From assembly GCA_965113315.1 (NCBI GenBank), contig OZ220363.1: 64,000 nucleotides of DNA. The stretch is one strand, 5' to 3'. Shown in pieces: positions 53,669 to 64,000 of this stretch (position 1 is its first letter; every line of letters starts with the position of its first letter). Made by a program: the position numbers and the translations under genes. The notes beneath the pieces are model-generated. The model did not search any database. It was not told the origin of the DNA and worked only from the letters and a program-made list of their open reading frames with translations. This DNA comes from Podarcis vaucheri (taxonomy: Eukaryota).

Positions 53669-56600
53669 GTAGGTATATGCGTATTTAAATATTTCCCTCC
53701 CAATCTAGATGACTGTAGGCAGTTACATTGTAACATACAAATCACAGGAAATCTGATTAAGCAAAATATCAGAAATGTTAAACTTCCATCTTCTCTTTAA
53801 CCTTTTAGATCTTTCTGTAAATGGCTCTTAATATGTGCAAACTTCCTCTTTGAAATTGCTAATATGGTAAAATGGAAGGCTGCTTTTTAGGTAAGAATGA
53901 AATAAATTAGCTTTGCAAATAATCATAGCCGTAGGTTGTATATGCCATGGTTCCCTCACCTGAGCCTCTCCCTCCAACCCAACATTTCTCTCTGCTGCCA
54001 TTACATTTTCCTTCCTCCCCCAAACTCGCAATAAAAATAAAAATATGGAACTTAAACTTAAGGTAAATACTCAGGATGGTTGGTTAACGCTCAAAGTTTT
54101 AAGTCGGGGAAGGAAGGGGAAAACTGACAGCTTTCTTAATAGAGGTGAACTAGCCAGGTTTGTGTGGTTCTCTTTTTGTACTGGAATTCTCTGTTACACG
54201 TACAAAACCAAGAGAGCATACTCTGAACACAAATTACTTACATCTTGAGGGATTCTTAGTATTCAGAAATTCCAGCAACCATTAGGTGATCCTTCTTTCA
54301 ATGAGAAAGAAGCCAGCCAGTTCTGCTTAGGTGGGAAGCACAACAGGTTTGGTGGGACTCGTGTCGTCTTTCTGACCCATGCTATCAAGCAAGAGGAGAG
54401 AGGAACACAGAAGGAAAAGCAGCAGTCTTCTTTTCTGTATTTGCCTATCCAAGCAAACTCAGTGGGGCTGTGGGGACTTGCATTTTCTCTTCTCTTGCTA
54501 GGCAAGCTAGGCAACTTGCCCCTTTGCATCTGCCTAGCTGGGGTAAAGGATACTTGGATTCTTTCTTCCTCTCTCTGAAATAGACAGATAGGGAACAAAA
54601 GTCCACCCAACTAGTGCACATCCTACCAAACAGGATGTTAAAGTTCCATTTTGGGGGCAGCATGTGTGACTTTATTCCCCCACTCAACAAGCAGGAGACA
54701 GGGAACCTAGCTTGCAGCTGTTTTTCCTATGCAGGAGGGGAGAGAAGTAGTTCCATGTGCCACCTCCAAAATGAGACCTAAACTGAGCAGAAATCTTTTC
54801 TGCAAGGCAGGAAGTTGAATCCCACAGATGGGGTCTTCAGAGCTCATGAACAGTGTTAGAAACTGAGATGTGAAAGCTAGGAGTTAAATGGCACCTTAAG
54901 CCTAAGGTTATGGGTGCCACAACAGAATGTCTAGATAGGTGTTTTTTATACAAAGCTGGAAATTAATGAACTGCAGCAAAAAAATCATATATTCATTTTC
55001 CATATGGTTTCATCCTCATCTGAAGACTGCAAAAAACAAAGCTATACTTCCTGCCCGCCCTCCTAATATTCTTATTTGGGTCACTCCAGTCTTCAGAGAG
55101 TGGCTGGAAGTGGGGAGACAGAAAAAGGTCTTCCTTTCTTTCCACTTTGCAGACAAGCCCTGGATTCTTCCTACACCCCCTTTCCTTCATATAAATAAAT
55201 CTTTTTGGCTCCACAATTAGCACACATTACAGGCCTATACAACTGATGGCAGAGACACCCACCTTGAGTGTCCAGTTCACAAACCTAAGACTTCATTGTC
55301 TTTCAATGATCCCACTCCAAAATTGGTTTCGATTTTAAGCATCACTGTGAGAGAGTGAGGTAGATAACACTTTAAAATGCACTACTTAAACCAAACCTAT
55401 TTAAATCAATCTGAGGCTATAAAGTGCAAAACTGCCTTTCTGTAAGGCCAGCTGAGGTGGAACCTCTCAGCTTTCCTGTATTGATCTCTTGGAAGTCCAG
55501 CAGGGAGGATTTTCTCCTCCCATGCCCTCAGTCCCAGCAGCGGCAGTTTTAATCTTAAATATTAGGTGCAGCACTGCACCCAGATCTCAGAAACTGCTCA
55601 TACTAATGAAATTCCCTGTTGCAAAACGTGCCTAGAACAACGGGAGTTTTGAACGCTGCTTATGGAGGTTGCATACGTAGGCTGCGTTTACCCATCACAA
55701 TAAGCAAGGGTTGATGGATTATAATGGTATACTGTGAATGTGCACTGTGCTGGTACCTGCAGCCTGATGTCTCCCACTTCACTTATCTCTTGACATGATA
55801 GAGAAAGGGAAAACCAGGAAGCTGCAGTTGTTGTGACTTCAGATATGGGATCCTGATTTGTTGTTCCCAAACAAGCCAGCATCACTGCAAGCCTTTATTG
55901 GCTTGCAGATCCTGACTTGTTTGGGAACTACAAACCAAGGTCTCTAGTTAGATATCACAGAAAGCCAAGCCTATCTTACAGCTTCATGGGTTACTTCTCC
56001 ACTCACATCAGGAAAAGCAGTCAGGCTTAATGTACCACCACATTGCTTGCTCACCATGAATCATAAGCAAATCTGGCTTCTTGTGGGAACATTGACATGG
56101 TTGTCTTGCCTGGAGGCAATATTTACTTGCCCCAGGTGAGTGGTCATTTTTCTTTTGACTTACACCATCTTCATCACTAGATTTGCCCATATTTTCTTTT
56201 GACCATAAGTCTAAATCACAGCAGCAAACAGCAGAACTAATGCTTTATTCAACCTGCATGCCATTATGCAGAATGCACAGTTCTCCAAAGCTTGCCAATT
56301 AACTTCAGGCATAGGTGGATGAAGTGGGAAGCATAGGAAAATATCAGGTGTTTTTGTAGTCCCAGACCACTCTGTTAGGCAGCTGTAGCATATTGTGTGA
56401 GGCTGTTTGGTCTGAAGACTGATAGGAATTCATCACTAAACCACTTCTCATCCTGTGTGATTTGACAGCATGACATGACAGCATAGGCGTGCATGCTGCT
56501 GGACACAGTCATGAGTCCATTCTCATAATAGCACATCATTTCACCTGTATTTGGCAGATTCCTATATAACGAACTTTCATTGTACAATGGCATGAGATGT

Positions 56601-57272
56601 TACAGTAGAGGCAAGCATTCTACTGTATTAGGTGTTGGTGGTCTTCTATTTTATGTTTTATTGTTTTTCTTATTTAAAATATTTCTACCCTTCCCTATAT
56701 TTAAATATTTCTTTTAGACTACAGAGCAGACACATGTAGGCTAGTTGAACTAATGTTCCACAAATGCCTAAGCAAATAGATGTTTTAGAAATTTAATGGT
56801 TAAGTAGGTAAGTTTTAATTTGTTATTGAAATGAGTCAGTAGCTTCTGTACCTCAGGGGGGAGGGCATTCCTGACAAGACCCATTGCCATGTTGCCACAG
56901 AAAAGTATCTCCTGCCAGAGGAACACGTAATATGAACTTCAAGCATGGGCAGGCTGGTTTAGGGAGAGATGACCCTCTTTTAATTAGTTTCCAAGTTAGG
57001 GTTTACAATTATTGTTAACTTTCTCACATATTCAGTACTCTTGTGCTGATATATACAAGTTGGGTCCAATACATCTTTACTACCACCTGAGCATGTATAG
57101 CTTAGTCCACTTACTGAGATCATCTGGAAGAGCATTGTTGATTGTCCTCTGTGTTACAGAGTCATGACTGTAATAAGCTGGAAAAAGGAATGGAAAAAAT
57201 CCCCTATTAGGGCAATAAGATTTCACTCTTAAAGAACTGAATACATGATTCATTCCTTCTTTTCCTTCTTAG

Positions 57273-57343
57273 GAATTTGAGGATCACAGAGATGCAGATG
57301 ATGCTGTTTATGAACTGAATGGTAAAGAACTGTGTAATGAAAG
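57273..57343 (+). CDS. SRSF5A: SRSF5-like coding exon 2 (EFEDHRDADDAVYELNGKELCNER)
   Basis: ttag| ... |gtaatc, 71 bp; EFEDxRDAxDAV SR-family signature. Confidence 0.95.
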
Positions 57344-57360
57344 GTAATCTTTAATTATCG

Positions 57361-57415
57361 TAGAATTGTAGGGTTGGAAGGGACCCTGAGGGCCATCTAG
57401 TCCAATCCCCTGCAA
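57361..57415 (-). mobile_element. CR1-type 3' tail fragment (LINE or CR1-mobilised SINE)
   Basis: TAGAATTGTAGGGTTGGAAGGGACCCTGAGG..CTAGTCCAATCCCCTGCAA is the reverse complement of the tail at 12057-12112. Confidence 0.75.
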
Positions 57416-58960
57416 AGCACACAACTAATTGCAGATAAATTGCAATTATGTCTGCCGCAAGTAAATTGAATGGTCTGCTGCATTTGATTTTTAAAAAATC
57501 TCTAGTGTGCTGCTTGTGGGCGCAGAAGGCTGGTAGCAGATCAGGATGCAGGATTACCGCCTTACTTTTTCAACTGCTTTCTTTGAAACTGAAGAGCAGA
57601 AAAACTGGTGCCTACTGTTAACAAAAGAGACCTCACAAGAAATAGGGCTTCCTTTGTTTTTGGCAGATTACTAACATCTGTTAATCCTAGATTTGACTCC
57701 CTATATTGATCAGAGCATTCTAATTTGTGTAGTTTGTAAACCTACCAAATATACAGTGTTTTGTCAGGGGCAACTTACCCTTTCTATCTTCTATGCCTAT
57801 TCAGTCTACATATATGCCTTACTGAGAACCTAAAAGGTTATATATTTCATTTTTTCAACAGAGGCAAGGGGAAAGTTTGCACTCAATAAAATACTTTTTT
57901 TCAGCTTCTCAAGAGTGGAACTGGTTTTCCATATGTTGTAGTTTGACCTCTGCACATCTTTGGGTTTGTTTTATGGCTGACAGCTACCAGCAGCTTCATT
58001 CATTTAACTCAGTCTTTAAATACCTTCTAGAGTCAGTTCTTGATAAAAGGGAGGAGTTTTGCAAAAGTCTTAATTTGCACAACATCCTTTTCTCCCCCAT
58101 GAAACTATATTCCTGGGCATCATATGTAATTTACCAAAAGCAACTGGACTAAAATTACTATTGTAATTTCAGAAATAAAGTCATTCTAAGATTTTTCTGT
58201 TTTACTGAGTTTTCTAGTATTTGTATTAAATCTACATTGCAAACTTTAAAGAAATACAGGCATCCATAATTCACTTGCCAGGAACTCTTTGCCAAGATGC
58301 CCAGCAGTGTGCATGCATATGCCCACTCTTCCTAAACTCATTTGCACTACAGGTTGGAGAAGGTAAGAAATAGGGATATTTTCATGTGCAAGATGTCTTC
58401 CTCCTCCAGACTAGGCAAGCATTAGAGTTTGGGAGGGAGTTGGAGTCTTGCCTGTGTATGCAAAGACTTGGTAAGCTAAGAAGAATCAGGCGTGTCTCTC
58501 CTGCTGCTTCTTAACCATCTTTATTCCCCAGCAGAAATGAGAAAAACACCTGCCACCCCCACCCAGCTCCTTGTATATGCAGGGTTGGTGGTAAGCACAG
58601 CTGTTGCTTTGGCCTTCTCGCTAGCCTCTGTCAACCCCCAAACTAATGCAATTAAAAAGCTGGAAGAAATATGTGATTCTCTCATATTCAGTCATCTTAA
58701 ATTGTGTACAATAGATGGATGTATGAGGAAGTTAAGATTTGGCAAAAATGAGAGGGTTTTTTGGTTACACACGTCTGAATAGACAAATATTTGCTTCTGT
58801 TTTCAAGTACCTCAAAATAGCTACATTTCATTTATAGAAATGCTTGGAGGAAGATGCCTGTTTGCTTTGTGTATGTTTCCAGTAGAAAAAGATGGATGTG
58901 CTAAAGAAGCTATGTATTTTTCATTTAATATTAATATTTCATTTTCGTTTAATATTAAAG

Positions 58961-59053
58961 GGTTACAATTGAACATGCCAGAGCCCGAAGAGGGGGTAGA
59001 GGCAGATACCCACAACGGTTCAATTATTACCAATCCTATGGGGGTGGATCTAG
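58961..59053 (+). CDS. SRSF5A: SRSF5-like coding exon 3 (VTIEHARARRGGRGRYPQRFNYYQSYGGGS)
   Basis: aaag| ... |gtaaga, 93 bp; end of RRM1 plus RG-rich linker. Confidence 0.93.
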
Positions 59054-60009
59054 GTAAGAAATATGTTCTTTTTACTGCAAAGTCACTTGTTAAACAGTTA
59101 ATTTTAGACTATGAACATTCTCCATACACTCAGGATTCTTAACAGTTCACATTTCTAGGGGTAGCTGCATAACATTTTAAGGTGTTCTTAATGAGCTGTG
59201 GTTATTTCCCCTACCTTTCATTACCTTTTTAGTAAGACCAGTACAAGGAATCTTATGCTAACAATCTTTTCATTGAAATTGCTGAATTCCATCTACCACC
59301 TTCAGCTATAAGAAGGAGAGGTGTGTGCTGTTGAAGTCATTAATTATTGCTGCACCTTGCCTAGTGGGTGTATGGTTAGCACTTGATAGCTTTCATGCCC
59401 ATTAATATAATTGTGATGCACAAGTAGTGTACTCTCATGCCAGCAGCCAGAGTTTGTTATAGTTTGGTTTCAGCCTGTAGTACTTTGGTCCTGTACAAGT
59501 CTTACTGAATGGAATGGGCTTTGTGTGACTAGTGCTTAATGGACTGTGCCCCTCTTTGCTTAAACTTTGGCTGGGAGCCTAGGGGACTATAGACAAGAAC
59601 TACTTGTATAAGTTAGTTGTGCTCCAAGGTCAGTAGAACCTACGACAAAGCAAATATGATGTCTACATAGAAGACTCTATAAGGCCAATATTTGTTTGAA
59701 ATACACAGTCATTATAGAATGTATTTCTGTGATGCATGTCGGACAGTATATGTGAGGAAATAGTATTTTAAAATATGTTTCTCTCACATTAAACTATTTC
59801 ACTGTGTCTACTACAAGCTGCTGTTAAGACATCTGTTCATGAAATTGTTTAGACACTGTATTGATAATTGCTTTTAAATAAAATTTGCATTTTTGCATTT
59901 CATTCAGAGGCAGCCTTCTTGCCGTTCTCGTGCTAAACAGAAACCAAACACATTGGAAACTACTAATTTTGCATATTGAAGTATGCTGTTTAGATTCTCT
60001 TTTCTTTAG

Positions 60010-60455
60010 TGCAGTGATGTTGCTGCAGTAAGAGTGATCCAAGGTCGAGGCTAAAAGTGAACTTTACTAAAGTAGGATATGTGACTGACGTTCATGGGCA
60101 TCTTGCATGGTAGTTACGTTCATGACATCAGGCACATGGTGCCAGACAAGAAGAGACTACTATTTCCAGTAGTGAAAAGTGGGACTCGGCCTTCCAGTTG
60201 GGGGATTCTGGAACTTCTTTTAAATGCTCTGAAGATCTGGATATTCTGAAAATGTGGGGCATTTAGAGGTATGCAAATGAAATGGAGTTGCCTCTGCTTA
60301 AATTTCCAAAAGATGCACTTGTTGTTGGTTGAATTTCATATTATATAAAAGAGCCATCATTTGGAGTGGATTTTGGTAGCTAGCCTGAACAAACTAATGT
60401 ATAGTTCTCCAGTTGTTCATACTAGCACTTTATAATATTTTGGGGTTTGATGACA
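60010..60455 (+). other. Candidate poison cassette exon (boundaries tentative)
   Basis: TACTAAT at 59961-59967, pyrimidine tract + TAG (60007-60009), in-frame TAA 60029-60031, donor ACA|GTAAGC 60455/60456. Confidence 0.45.
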
Positions 60456-60970
60456 GTAAGCCAGATCTTTTATTCATGTAAAATTGGGTAGATAGTGCAT
60501 CAGCTCCCACAGCTTATTGAAGTACCATAGTGCTGTAGTAAGCATGCAGTCTCCACAGCCTCATCCTCCTGGGGTGATTCATGCCTGTATGTTCATCATT
60601 TGATGTGTGTTCACAGCATGTAGGGTCTTTGAAAAATGTTATGTTAGGTGATAGCTTTGAAAGCTGTTTATATGCTGGCTGTTGCACACATGGAGGTCAT
60701 TGACTGATGAACACACTTGCGTGAACTGCCCCATAGTCATTTAGTGTGTGTCTTGCAGTTTGTGTATATATTCCACTTGCCTTCCCTATTACAGACAATA
60801 AGCAACTGCCCAGTAGCCTTTCCCCTCATTTAAATAAAACACAGTCAAATTTCTAAAGCATTTTCTGGTTTACTGAGCAATGTGAAGCAATCTGTCCCAG
60901 CATAATGCACTTTCATTTTCCGCATGAAGTATAAATGAACAAATAATGGAAAAATGTGTTTCTCTTGTAG

Positions 60971-61043
60971 CCAGTATGGACCACCTCTTCGTACTGAACA
61001 TAGGCTTATAGTTGAGAATCTTTCTTCACGTGTTAGCTGGCAG
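60971..61043 (+). CDS. SRSF5A: SRSF5-like coding exon 4 ([24 protein letters not shown]); gene continues beyond the window
   Basis: gtag| ... |gtgagt, 73 bp; start of pseudo-RRM2 with SWQ; the DLKD exon is not seen before 64000. Confidence 0.93.
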
Positions 61044-63732
61044 GTGAGTTGGAGTTGACCTTAAATACTTCTTTCTTCTCAAAAACAAGTCGTCCCCTTG
61101 AAGGAGACACCATAAAATTTAACTTTGCAGCTAAAGCAGTCAGAACATTTTTATTAAAACTCAGGCTTAAAGTTCTTTGATTTGCATACCAAAAAATAAG
61201 CATTTAAGCAGCATGTTTTTATTTTTAAAACTGAAGAGCTGATTAGTGTTTCTTGGACAACTATAATCCTCATCTAATAAGAATTGTGAAAAATCTATTT
61301 TAAGACATAATCTTCATAATTAAAGGCATGTCTCAGTGGGAAGGTCTGTAGTTTGTATCTGGCTTCAATAGAATGAACAGAATGACTGCATGGTTAAAAG
61401 AACTCTGTGTTCATAACGCAGGAAATTTTATGTATTACTTAATTCTAAAAGAGGTTTGTGGCTTTCATTGCATAGCTAGTGTGTGTGTTAAATAACATTC
61501 AATATATACATAACTTCACATTTAAGTATTGCCTCTATTTGGTTTCCTTGCAAAGACAATGCTTTTTTACTCTTCCTTAACTGTAAGGGGTACATGACTA
61601 ACATAAACCTGAAAATTTCATGCCACAAATTAGTTTGCTTTTCAGGTGCCCACAGGACCCTTGTCTTAGAACACGAATTTCACATGCAGATTCAAAATAT
61701 TTATGCTGAAATTGGATAAATGAATCCTCACTTTCAATATTTCAGCTTTCTGGCAGCTGTTTCTGACATGTTTTCCATGCAAGTGTGGATGTGCTTGGGT
61801 AGGGAGAAGCCTATGTATACCATCTTGAGTGAAGATTATTCAAGTATTTTACCAGGTGTATACTGGAAAAAGTTGCTATCATTTGCTAGGTGGCACTTAG
61901 TCTGGCAGGTTTGCTATACCAAATAATCCCTGAAGTTCATTTTGATTCTACTCTTTAGCAAGGCAGCAAGTCTTCAAAGTACACCAGCTTCTGTTATCAT
62001 TAGCCAGTGAATCTTTAGCTGCTTCACATACCTTTCATTCTAAATATTTAGTTGTGAAACAAAAAATGAGATTTCATTGAGCCAGTAAAGTAGTGTTAAA
62101 TATAGAATGTATTTTTATTAGATTTATTTATAATAGGTTTAGGCAAGTAGCATATTGTCAACTTAATAATCTGCTTTAAATTAGGTTATGGTAGCCTTCA
62201 TTTTTAATAATATCTATGTGTATATCACTTCCTACAAAGGAGGAATCTGCAAACTAAAGACTTATTTTCTGCTCTTTGGCTTGCATGTATGCTAACATTT
62301 GTTGAGGCCCTGAACAATATTTCACTTATTAACTTCTGGGTATAATGGTTGCATCCACAGTGAAGACTAATTTTTTTTTTTCTTTTTAAAGCTGATTCTG
62401 GTGTCCTGAGTTCTCTTGTAATTTCCTTTTGACTAGTTGCTGTTGTGCTTAAATGAGGGGCAATTATTACCTTGATCTTAGCACTACTGTCATCAGTACA
62501 TGATTTGTCACTTTACCTAACCTCAGTTTTGTCTTCATTTTAATTTGAATTAAATTTCAACATGGGGAATGCCTAGCTTTTTAACAGTGCTCTAAACATG
62601 TGTTCGTCAAACAGGGCTTTCTTTGGAACCCGAAGGAAGAAGGAAAGGGTAGGAACAGGTAAATAATTGCACAGTTCAGGAGCAAGATAGCTGTCAAGAG
62701 AATAATTACAACAAACTATTTAGCATACTGCAAAATAGCCTTAGCTGAAAGTAAAGAAACAGGGCTTAGTAATATAGGAAATAAACCTGAGGCAAGTTAG
62801 CCTTTGTTAGCTGATGTAGTGAACTGTAAGAATAATGAAGAGCTTAGTGTAGGATGGAGAGGTTCACATGGGTGATGAAGGGAAGCCTGGCGTATGCATT
62901 TAGAGTTCTCTATTTGTGTGGAAATACAGAACTCAACAGTTGAGTCCACTGTAGAACAAAATACATATATTGAACTACTTGTGTAATTTGACAGGATTAA
63001 AATTGCTGCCTTTCCAATAAGTTGCGCAGGGCAACCTACAGAGAAGTATAAAACGTGAGATGCATAGGGTACCAGTTTTTCAGTCATTTGACTTATGATC
63101 CTGAAGTCTTTTGATATCAACACAGGACTTTTTCCATAGATCAGCATTACAGACCCCTTTTTGCATTTTAGAAAAGTTTTATAAAATAACTGGGTGGGCC
63201 TGTTGTCTGGCAATTTATTATTAAGTGCCTAAATTTGAACCAGTCTCTCTCACTCATACGAGAGGCATGGGAAGATATAAAGGGAGGAGAGTTAAACACA
63301 CGCGAGTCCCGATACGTAGCATTTGTTTTACAAGTAGCTGTGTGGAATGGCCCACTGGGAAAAATCCTGGGTATGAGTCCAGTGCCACTTATTTTAAAGA
63401 ACTACTCAATTGTATCTAGAGGCCATCTCACTGAGTATTCAGTTTCCAATAGAAGCCAGCCTGATACCTTCATGCCCTGCTTATATATTTCTCAGAGGCA
63501 AAGACACTTATTTTATTCCCAATATCAAAAGTATACTGTCTCTAAACATGAAGGTTCCATCTGTCTACTATGAATAGTCTTTCATTTATTTGGTCCCAGC
63601 CAAGTTTCAGTTGTCATTGGTTATAAATGCATGTCACTTTTGTGACGCTTCATTCTGAGTCTTGTATCTCACAAAATTTCCCAGTACACTTTCTGGTGTT
63701 GGTAAATGCTGTACTTGTATTATCATTTGCAG

Positions 63733-63861
63733 CCATTGGGAAAGCTCATCAGGTCATTTGAGACCAGCATGTATGTGCTCTGGTGGGCTATGTCTAATAC
63801 AGCTACACTGATGTTGCCTGGTGGGTGGGTGTATGATGATGTGGTGTGGTTCTTAATTTAA
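63733..63861 (+). other. Candidate unproductive alternative 3' splice site segment in the intron after SWQ
   Basis: CATTTGCAG|CCA at 63732/63733; phase-0 frame PLGKLIRSFETSMYVLWWAMSNTATLMLPGGWVYDDVVWFLI then TAA 63859-63861. Confidence 0.5.
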
Positions 63862-64000
63862 TGGAAAATTCACTGATGTTCACTGATGTGATAGCACTTC
63901 CATCGCTGCTTTTAGACTGCTGTTTATGAAAAGCAGTTTGTATGAAGGCACTTCAAACCTTGCCTGGCTCTGCAGAGGTGAAATTAAAAATAGCCAGAAC

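Noticed and set aside
60014-60088. Intronic C/D-box snoRNA (GTGATGT ... CTGA)
   Set aside because: Box C is imperfect, there is no terminal stem and no recognisable rRNA antisense element; a poison-exon reading fits better.

Overview
Vertebrate (squamate, probably lacertid lizard; inferred from Sauria SINEs, BovB and squamate MITEs) genomic DNA. The + strand carries ACTN1 (alpha-actinin-1) from coding exon 2 (3635) to the stop codon (45893) and poly(A) signal (46429). Exon 1 lies upstream of the window. The gene has two tandem-duplicated exon pairs: the known EF-hand NM/SM pair (19a/19b, with distant branch points) and an intact exon 8a/8b pair in the actin-binding domain. The 8a-8b intron contains nested long-range complementary segments that could form an RNA duplex. 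About 6 kb downstream, a CpG-island promoter drives an SRSF5-family splicing factor of the srsf5a type (four coding exons visible, running off the window end). It appears to carry two candidate unproductive (poison) splicing events, one at the SRSF4/6-type position and one at the SRSF5-type position. Just upstream of that promoter is a 231-bp Penelope-like insertion with a 13-bp target-site duplication, a perfect 67-bp inverted repeat and a minimal hammerhead ribozyme motif on the minus strand. Introns hold BovB, CR1 and L2 fragments, SINEs, hAT- and Tc1/mariner-type MITEs and a complex local duplication. Most ORFs in the supplied track are spurious or exon read-throughs. Comparisons with other species are from recall, not from searches.
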